From positions 24,118,001 to 24,182,000 of the forward strand of contig OX597836.1 in the NCBI GenBank assembly GCA_951406725.2: a DNA stretch of 64,000 bases. The letters are read 5' to 3'. The notes beneath the pieces were generated by a model. It ran no database searches. It was not told the DNA's origin and saw nothing but the letters and a program-made list of their open reading frames with translations. Made by a program: the position numbers and the translations under genes. Source of the stretch: Octopus vulgaris. Its lineage: Eukaryota. This document shows positions 53,690 to 64,000 of the stretch, piece after piece; position 1 is the stretch's first letter, and every line of letters starts with the position of its first letter.

Positions 53690-53853
53690 AAAACTAACCT
53701 TTTTTTTCTGTAATGACTCACCAATCATAGAGGAAGTATAAATATGCATTAAAAAACTCTATTGGGGAAAAGCGGCAGATGAAAATGAACTTTTGGTAGA
53801 GATTTATCAATTAGCAAAATTCATTTATGACCTAGTTTTGGGAATCTGGAGGA
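53690..53853 (+). mobile_element. LINE ORF2 fragment (region just upstream of RT)
   Basis: SPIIEEV*ICIKKLYWGKAADENELLVEIY matches the EV..AI..L..GKA.G.D.I..E motif. Cut by a SINE. Confidence 0.55.
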
Positions 53854-53856
53854 CCT

Positions 53857-54160
53857 TTCTTTTATCTGTTTCAGCCCTTTGACTGCGGCCATGTTGTAGC
53901 ACCGCCTTTAGTCGAAAAAATCGATCCCAGGACTTATTCTTTGTAAGCCTAGAACGTATTCTATCGATCTCTTTTGCCGAACCATGAACACACCAACACA
54001 CATACATACACACACACATACGACGAGCTTCTTTCAGTTTCCGTCTACCAAATCTACTCACAAGGTTTTGGTCGGCCCGAGGTGCCACGCAGTGGGACTG
54101 AACCCGGAACCATGTGGTTGGTAAGCAAGCTACTTATCACACAGCCACTCCTGCACCTAT
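53857..54160 (-). mobile_element. SINE family B copy with internal deletions
   Basis: GGTGCAGGAGTGGCTGTGTGATAAG head, GGGTTCAGTCCC B box, and the same tail as 46868-47085. Confidence 0.8.
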
Positions 54161-54814
54161 AAATACAAAGTATTACGAGAAGTATCCAGAAATGATAGAG
54201 GAATGGTTCTGCATTGAGCGGTGAATAAGATATTGGCCTCAGTTATCTCGCCTTCTGAATTTGTTTTATTTCTTCAATTCCCATCTCCAGAAAAATATTT
54301 TTCCTTAAATTTCGTTCCCTCTTTTCCTATCACCGAGTCAACCTAGTGCCTGTATTTCCGCGCGAAAAGAGCTACGGGCTTCCGGCTACCATGTATGAAT
54401 AATCGTCCATATAATATTAGGCACGAAACTGATGGAATATCATTACTAGTAACATACTGTCTGAAGATATTTTTAAAAAATACACTCTCTCTATCATATG
54501 CGTGTGTGTGTGCGCGCACGTTCGTATATGTGTTTGTATGAATGTGTTCGTATACATGAGTAGACCCTCTCCGTCTCAATCTCCCCCCTTTCTCACACAC
54601 ACTTACATACACATGCATACAGTCACACCTGCGTCTTTGCGTCCACGTTATAATTTAGAGCAAGCAAGGCATCAGCTTGTGAACATATGTCGATAATAAT
54701 GAAGGATGTAGAACGAAAAATAAGTTTTAATTCGTATCTGATAGATTACTGTGGGCGTAATCTAACGTCGGCATCGGTTCGTATCCCACTTCTGAAAAGC
54801 ACTTTTTTTTTCTA

Positions 54815-55095
54815 TGAGAATGCATGGTTTAGTGGTTAGGGTGTTGCACTCACGATAACGAGATCGTGGTTTCAATTTCTAAACTGGGTGGTGCTTTGTA
54901 TTCTTGAGTAAACTACTTTGCCTCACATTGCTCTGCGATAACTTCGACACCTGACGCGTGGTAGACCGTCCACCAGTTCAGGCAACGTCGATCTGATAGA
55001 GGGAGTGAGCTAATGAACGGTACAAATCATTTGCGCAGGTCGTTTGGCAAAAGCTAAACGTCCATACGTTGTCTTTGCTGAGGAGCCCATCACCG
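54815..55095 (+). mobile_element. Old tRNA-derived SINE (head related to family C)
   Basis: ATGGTTTAGTGGTTAGGGTGTTGCACTCACGAT...GGTTTCAATTTC; different body. Confidence 0.65.
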
Positions 55096-55809
55096 TGCGA
55101 AGATAAACAAAAATCTCGTATTTTTTCATGTCACTTGTCTGTAGAGATTTTATGAGAGTTATGAGTCTTATAAATCTATGTTGGACGCTTACAAATATAT
55201 AGTGTAGTAACAAATTTGTCTTGGTTTATTTTTATATAATCCCATTCCAGGGAGACTATAACCCCTGTTTCTCCATTAGGTAACGGAAAGGGATGTATGA
55301 TCATTATACAGAATAATGTAACAAATTATGTAATTCCATCTATGCACATTCTAATACACAGATGTTTGTTAACATAGAATTACAATATATGCATTTAATT
55401 AATTTTCAAGGAAAGCATGATTATTGAACTCAATTTTATTGCAAGGAAAAAGTATCTTAATCTGAATAATCTGATTATGTATGTATGAAGTAACAATATA
55501 ATCAGGTGGGGTAAAGAATCAAACATAATATATAACGTGGAAAGAATCGATTTCATGAGAGAGAAACGTTTTCGGTGAAACTTATTGTGATCAGACATTT
55601 TTAACACGTACAATAAATATGTCATTTTTTAAAATTAAATTTATTCAACTATTTAGATATTTTACACACTATTTCATTTGCATTTGATTTATTACCATGA
55701 CAACATAAAGAAAGTTCATGTACCTGATTATTTCAAAGAATTCTTTCAGTTATAAACGGATTGTATCCATGAAAAAAGAAATTAAATCTGTTTTGAAATG
55801 TTCTCTGTA

Positions 55810-56184
55810 TAACTATAAATGTGCAATTACTTTGCTATAACCACTCATACCTAACGACTCTTATATAACTACTCTGGCGTGACTACACTGGTGGAAATAT
55901 TCTGATGTAGCTTTTCTGGTGTAAGTATTTTGGTGTAGCTACTTTGGTGTAACTATTCTGGTGTAACTACTCTGGTGTAACTAATTTGGCGTAACCATTC
56001 TGGTGTAACTACGCTTCTGTAACTATTTAGGTCTAACTATTCTCGTGTAACTCTTCTGTTGTAACTGTTCTGGTCTAGCTACTCTGGTGTTGCTAATCTG
56101 GTATAACTACACTGGTGTAACTAATCTGGTCTTACTACCTTGATGTTGCTACTTTGGTGTAACTGCTTGTGTGTAACTACTCTG
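55810..56184. repeat. 14-bp minisatellite (consensus TAACTACTCTGGTG), about 26.8 units
   Basis: Units counted by hand stay in exact 14-bp register throughout. Confidence 0.92.
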
Positions 56185-57385
56185 CTGCTGTGGCTAAATG
56201 ATGTTACAACTTCTGTATCCCGGGAAGAAATTCCTCTTTACTTATTGTTGTTGGTATTGCTCTCCCAATTTCCTCGTCTCTTATTTCATTGATCAAGATA
56301 AATGAGTTCACTGACAGGCAACGTTTATAAAGTGTTTTACTGGCTCTTGGTATTTGCATTATATACATTTATTTTACTATGAATGGCTTTCCCACATACT
56401 TCCGATAACTGAATGATTAGGAAATTGGATTATTTGATCAAAAGTTCAACCTATTTCTAGGGTGAATATTCTATAGCTGGGACTATTCAGTCTGTTGTCC
56501 AATATTTACCATTTGCTTCTCTCCTAGTTTCCACTAAAACCCTTGTTCTGGTTTTGATCACAGCTTGCACTCTTCCTCTACAATCAAATGCACATCATCC
56601 TCGCTAACAAAAGTTTTGCACCAAGAATTAGCAACCTAAATTCTAATCAATCATAATTTTCAAGTATTATTTAAGTTTTTGTTTTCCACGTACGTTACTG
56701 ATACTTGTAAGAAAGATATGAATGGCATAGCTTCTTACCTACCTTTCAATACACCTGTCTAGCCTTGCATAATGTATGGAGTCACAATACATGTTTTTAA
56801 AATTACTTACTACTAATGTTTAGAACAACATTTTAGTTTTAATTGAAACTATTTCTTTACGCAATTTTTCATCTATTTCGTTTTCCCTTCTGTGCACTGC
56901 TACAAAATAGCAGAACCCCAAAACAGTATGCTATTATCACACTTAATCCTCTATTCCGTTCAACTTTATATCATTTTGTACTGAGATTGTTCAAAAGAAA
57001 TCACCTCACATGTCTGGCTACCTAAATTCTAACTCAATACACTGTAATGAATAATTATGTTTGTTACAAAATCTTACCAGAGGTATTCTTTATGTCTGAT
57101 TTACGTCGCAAGGAAATAAGTTACACCCTTTTACTCTGCCTTATATTGTAATGTACCATTAAGAATACATTTTGGTTTGACGTGAGAAACATTATAATAT
57201 TAATTTTAAATCTGTAAGAGAACGAATGTTAAATATATTACACAGTAACTGACCACATATTCCATTTTAAATTAATTATTACGGGAAATTAAGTTAAATA
57301 AAAAGAAAACAATAAAAAAAAAACATCATTTATCGATTGATGAATGTTCACCCGATGCTTCCCAGTATTGTAATCGATATTTCTG

Positions 57386-57772
57386 GATGGAAGCACTCCG
57401 TCGGTTACGACGACGAGGATTCCGGTTGATCCGAATCAACGGAACAGCCTGCTCGTGAAATTAACGTGTAAGTGGCTGAGCACTCCACAGACACGTGCAC
57501 CCTTAACGTAGTTCTCGGGGATATTCAGCGTGACACAGAGACTGACAAGGCCGGCCCTTTGAAATACAGGTACAACAGAAACAGGAAGTAAGAGTGAGAG
57601 AAAGTTGTGGTGAAAGAGTACAGCAGGGATCACCACCATCCCCTGCCGGAGCCTCGTGGAGCTTTAGGTGTTTTCGCTCAATAAACACTCACAACGCCCG
57701 GTCTGGGAATCGAAACCGCGATCCTATGACCGCGAGTCCGCTGCCCTAACCACTGGGCCATTGCGCCTCCAC
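57386..57772 (-). mobile_element. tRNA(Arg)-like SINE family C, intact young copy
   Basis: Head GGAGGCGCAATGGCCCAGTGGTTAGGGCAGCGGACTCGCGGTC...GGTTTCGATTCCC; 11-bp TSD CGATATTTCTG at 57375-57385 and 57773-57783. Confidence 0.9.
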
Positions 57773-58089
57773 CGATATTTCTGACGCTTGCATTAACTAA
57801 AGAGTATGAACATATTTAGAAATAATAACCAGAAAACTTCATGAGAATAAAATAATCGAATATTATCTGCAGAAATAGAAACCTAAACCTATTATCTGTC
57901 CCCTTAATTAAACAGCCACAATTATTCAAATATAATGTGTAACAAATTGGATAACATAAATAATTGCTTCTGATATGAAATAAAGTTATATGAAATATCC
58001 TAAACGGCCAGCTAGTATGACTTGGTGACCTGTACCACATTTTCGCTAATTGTTTTAGCATAAAGGAAAGAGAGAGCTACACGGTCACT

Positions 58090-58216
58090 CTACAGGTACT
58101 CATTTTCAGCTGAGTATACTGAGAGGAACATAAAATGAAGTGCCTTGCTCAAGGAAACACCATGCGACATTATGATTGTGAGACGAAAAACCCTAACCAC
58201 TAGGTAATATGCGTTC
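58090..58216 (-). mobile_element. Degenerate tRNA-derived SINE fragment
   Basis: Minus strand TAGTGGTTAGGG...TCCTTGAGCAAGGCACTT...CTCAGCTGAAAATGAGTACC. Confidence 0.55.
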
Positions 58217-58254
58217 GTAAATATCATATATAATTCAGTTTATACTATGAATGA

Positions 58255-58332
<78 letters not shown>

Positions 58333-59636
58333 ATGTCTGTGTATAAACTTTGGTGCTTCACGTGCAGCTTGCGTGCTTAACATTAACATTTTATTATAAA
58401 ATATTCGGACTACTCAATCAATGGCTAAAACGTCAAATACATTGATAATCATAAATACTTCGGCTTCACAGCAACGTTTAGGTCAACAGACCTCGCCTGT
58501 TAGTGTCAATGGGCAATCCCTCGCCCGTTAACTCTCGTATTTAACATCTTACTTGTAGTGTTTTGCCACCAAGAAAGCCGGTTAGTTGGTACATCTAACA
58601 TCTATTATAAAAGAGGTAAAATAACAAGAAAATAGCGACATAAACCTCATAATTAATTCAATTATTTGCCATTTTTACAACAGAAGGTCTAGTCGGTACA
58701 AATCGTTTGATCTCTGACAACAAAAAGAGACATTCTTTATGGACATGTCAACAAGCCTTCATGAAGTTTGTATTTTCAACTTTGACATGGCGCTTTGATA
58801 ATTATTTGACTGTCTTCTTAATTTTCTTTTAATATGATATGTTCTCATGCGACGAAGTGCTTCTATCACGAATAGATCTTGTCATCTGCTGTTTTTCATC
58901 AATCAGAGAACGGAATTAAATAAAACTGTTTTATTGGCTACTTTATACTTTCAGACGAACATACATGTCGTTGGTAGAGTTCCCGTTTTATTTCTTCGGA
59001 AAGAAAATAACATTAATTTAGCTATGTTGCTCTAGAAGACGTAAGACTTTTAATTGATGTACTACACGTACACTAAATATTTAATATCAACACTTCGAGT
59101 AATCAATATATTGTGGGAAATTAATGCAAAAGCTACGATATCATCAGTGAGATATGTTAAAGTTGACTATCTTCATTAGTTTCTTTTTCGATATTTCGTA
59201 GGGAGCGGAGCTGTTATGGAATCTTAATGTTCTACAAAATGTCATTATACCTTAAGTAACCCTTCTGGACTCTTATTACTTCGTTTTCAATATGTAGGTT
59301 GTCGTGATTCTTGGAGAGGAGTCTTCTCGATATTCAAACCTACCTCAAATGACTAAGATATAACAATATTTTAACACTTCAAAACAAAAAATATTCATTC
59401 TGTTACCTAATGAGAAAGAAGTGCAATAGCGGGGAAATGATGAAATTATGTGTACTCATTGAAGTGATATATTCTTTTTCATATAAGACCATGAAGACAA
59501 GGTAATCTAATAAGGTAATCGAAATGTAGACAGACGGTGCTGAATTAGTAACATTGCATTGTGACTCTTACAAAGACTTCACCTTCACAGATTTAGTTCA
59601 ACCAAGTGATAATCAGATCAATCAGGAGATAAAATA

Positions 59637-60897
<1,261 letters not shown>

Positions 60898-61061
60898 GAA
60901 CAATTCGATAATTTAACACACTTACACACAGGTATGCATATATATATATATATGCATATCTTTATCGAATCTTGTCATATATCTTCTCTCACAGGTTTTT
61001 GTCCTCTCCCAGTTTCTCATCTCTCTTTGTCATTTCTCTTTCTCTACATTTTCCTCTTATA

Positions 61062-61114
<53 letters not shown>

Positions 61115-62127
61115 TTTTTCTCATTCTCCTCTCTCTAATGCTATTTTTACTTTCCATCATCTCACTTTTCACCTGTGGTCTGGTTCTTTTCTATTCGTTT
61201 CTAATCGTGATAAATGAAGCCTTATCTACACACAGTTTGGTAGACCGCTGGTAGACTAGGTTTTCTTTGGACAAACCATGTCACCTGATGAAATTTGTTG
61301 CCGAATGATGCTGTAAATTATTTCTGTTAGATTGCGGAGGCGCTATAAGAATATGAAGGGTGCAACTTTGATTTTCCTGGCATTACTTTCACTTGAAATA
61401 GATACAAGCACACATGTCTCTTTTCTATGACATTTAAATGTCACGAGAGTTTACATTTTTTTGTTGGAGGATATCGGAAGCTGCTTCAGACTATGTAGTA
61501 TCTGCAGGCAAATATCTGCTGACAAGTAGTATCTGCAGTAATAAAATTCCCTGGAGTACGAAACGACTCCATCAATAACGCACCGGTTATATTGGGACAA
61601 GGTGTCCTTGGCTTCTTGGGACTGAGGTACTGAGCTCCTTTTGTCTCTGGATTTAAAGATCATATACTGGTTATATCATGCTTTGAATTTCTTAGTGCGA
61701 GCTTTGATGATTATATATTATTTTTCAACTTGAAAACGAAGTTCCATATTTTGAGAAAGGAGAGTATTTTATTTACTCGTTGCTCTTATTTTGTCAACTC
61801 CAGCAACTGAAAAACAAACCTAGCTCCAATAGATTGTATCTAATTTAATTCAAATTATTTTACATGGCTTCCCATCATTTTTGTGGTTCATTTGCCATAT
61901 TTAATTATGGTTATGAATAATTAAATGTTTAAGATCAATAAGCAATGTATAGATTCGAATTCAAAGGGACAGAGGTAAATGGTGTCAGTAAGTTCTAAAC
62001 GATGCTCTACGGTTTCCATTATTCCATCATCTTCATTTCGATAATTATGGTAACGAGCTTGGCTTTGGTGTTTGGTTCATTTAGACGTTAACTTCTCTAC
62101 TACAAAATGACGAGACATTTGAATATA

Positions 62128-63164
62128 CAAGGGATGGACAAAATAATGGAAGCACCTTAAAATTTTAAAGAAATTTATTTTAATATGGGGTAATTACAGC
62201 TTCGAGGTATGGACTCGGACAAAGTGTGAGTTGTTTCCAAATGAATTTTTGTCCATTCTACAACTAAAACAGTCTCCAGATTTTGTAGTGGTGATAGTGG
62301 ATGATATTGACACCTTACTTGTTTTTCTAAAATGCACCATAAATGTTCAATAATATTGAGATCTGGGGACTGTGGTTGCCAGATAAGATGTTCAACTTTG
62401 CTAGAATGTACCTTGTGCCATTCACTAACAACTTTAGCTGTGTGAATTAATCCATTATCATCATGAAAGATTGCGTTTTCCTCTGGAAACAGGTTCGCAA
62501 ACATAGAATGAATTTGATCAGATAAAATGCTTAAATTATCTTGATTATTAATTCTGCCATGAAGGGAAACCATTGGGCCGGCGGATTTCCAAGATATAGC
62601 CACCCCCAGATCATCACAGATCCTCCTCCATGTTTAACAGTTGGAAGAATGCAGTCTGAGTCAAATGCTTCTTTTGGCTGTCTCTACACGTATACTCGGC
62701 CGGTAGTCGGAAATAAGGTAAAGAATGACTCGTCCTAGAAAATAACATTCTTTCACTGCTCTAAGGATCAATTTTGTAGGTTTCTACTCCAATCTAAATG
62801 CTTTGCAACATTTGTTTTTGAAAGTAGTGGTTTTCTGATTGCAGCCCTCCCGTGAAATCCGGCTTTGTGCAGCTCCTGATGAACAGCTTTTGTGGAAACC
62901 AAGTTATCGAAGTGGTCATTAAGCTCTGCAATAATTTTGGGAATTGTACTTTTGTGATTCTTTCTAACAATTCGCGTGAGAATTCGACGGTCCCTATCTG
63001 AAAGTTTTGGTTTTCTTCCGGAATTTTGTTTCGACGAGAATATTTTTCTCTTCTTTCTCAAAGTCTATCATTACTTTCGAGGCAGTACTTCTTTATACAT
63101 CAAACATTTCGGCTGTTTTCGTTACGCTAGCGCCTGCCATTCGAGCACCAACAATTTCACCTCT
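62128..63164 (-). mobile_element. Tc1-like DD36E transposon, 5'-truncated, same family as 59637-60641
   Basis: NSGRKPKLSDRDRR...GFHGRAAIRKPLLS...FHDDNGLIHT...WQPQSPDLNIIEHLW. Terminal TIR CAAGGGATGGACAAAATA with TA. Confidence 0.87.
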
Positions 63165-63783
63165 GTATATGCATTGATTTTTTCCCATTTATTTTCGGGT
63201 AAGTATATGGTCCATTATCAATCCATTATTTTAGTGTTTTTTTTGTGAAGATTCTTCTTAAATATCTTTACTCCGCGCTGCAAGCAATTCTGTTCAGTGC
63301 TCTAAAATCTCAAGTAGCAATAATCTCAACATGCTACATTTATTTTATTCAAATGTTAATAACTTGCTCACGTATGCTCGCACGCAAACATACTCGGGTA
63401 TATACACTCACACACATGCTATCGTTAATCGCAAGATTTATTTGATTTTTTTATCTATTTCCCTGTCTTAGTTTTATCAACTTCTCTCCTTCAACGAAAT
63501 TATAAATGCAAGCGAATAAGTGTTAGTAAAATTTCAACTTTTCTATTACAGCAGAATAATATCTTTGGCATGAAGTTGGCCTTTGTTTAAATTAGAAAGT
63601 TGGGAAATTTGGTTCCTGGTGACAACCATCTTATTTGTGGATATAAAAGAATATTCAAAAACAAAAAGTACATTTTAGATTTTAACTTTTGCTTTTGTCA
63701 TAGAACAGGGAAAATTGAGAAATAATTACGAAGACAACGGTTCTGTAAAGCGCTTTCATGATGGTATGGTACGCGGTATCTTT

Positions 63784-64000
63784 GGCGAGCTGGCAGAAAC
63801 GTTAGCACGCCGGGCGAAATGCTTAGCAGTATTTTGCCTGCCGCTACGTTCTGAGTTCAAATTCCGCCGAGGTCGACTTTGCCTTTCATCCTTTCGGGGT
63901 CGATTAAATAAGTACCAGTTACGCACTGGGGTCGATATAATCTACTTAATCCGTTTGTCTGTCCTTGTTTGTCCCCTCTGTGTTTAGCCCCTTGAGGGTA
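63784..64000 (+). mobile_element. SINE family A copy running off the window end
   Basis: GGCGAGCTGGCAGAAACGTTAGCACGCCGGGCG...GAGTTCAAATTCCGCCGAGG...TTTAGCCCCTTG. Confidence 0.9.

Noticed and set aside
55810-56184. CRISPR-like array
   Set aside because: Head-to-tail 14-bp units with no unique spacers, no cas genes, and a eukaryotic context.
57700-57772. tRNA-Arg gene
   Set aside because: It is the head of a TSD-flanked SINE with no proper acceptor-stem closure.

Overview
AT-rich, microsatellite-dense animal genomic DNA, most likely from an octopod cephalopod (inferred from the SINE repertoire, not proven). The only host gene is a minus-strand Wnt6. Three coding exons (32656-32876, 13210-13484, 6936-7397) join in frame through GT-AG introns of about 19.2 kb and 5.8 kb. 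The signal-peptide exon 1 was not found. The rest is repeats: four or more tRNA-derived SINE families (several with TSDs), decayed RTE and CR1 LINE pieces (one ending in three C2H2 zinc fingers), seven Tc1/mariner relics (including an inverted DD36E-type pair), a Merlin-like MITE carrying TTAGGG motifs, and a 14-bp minisatellite. The most striking signal is a scattered set of type I hammerhead-ribozyme motifs, five near-canonical and several decayed. The near-canonical ones have long stem II inserts and a palindromic minimal stem III. Many sit in short head-to-head inverted elements bracketed by (AT)n tracts, consistent with Penelope-like or retrozyme-like non-autonomous retroelements. All calls were made by eye; no searches or folding programs were run.
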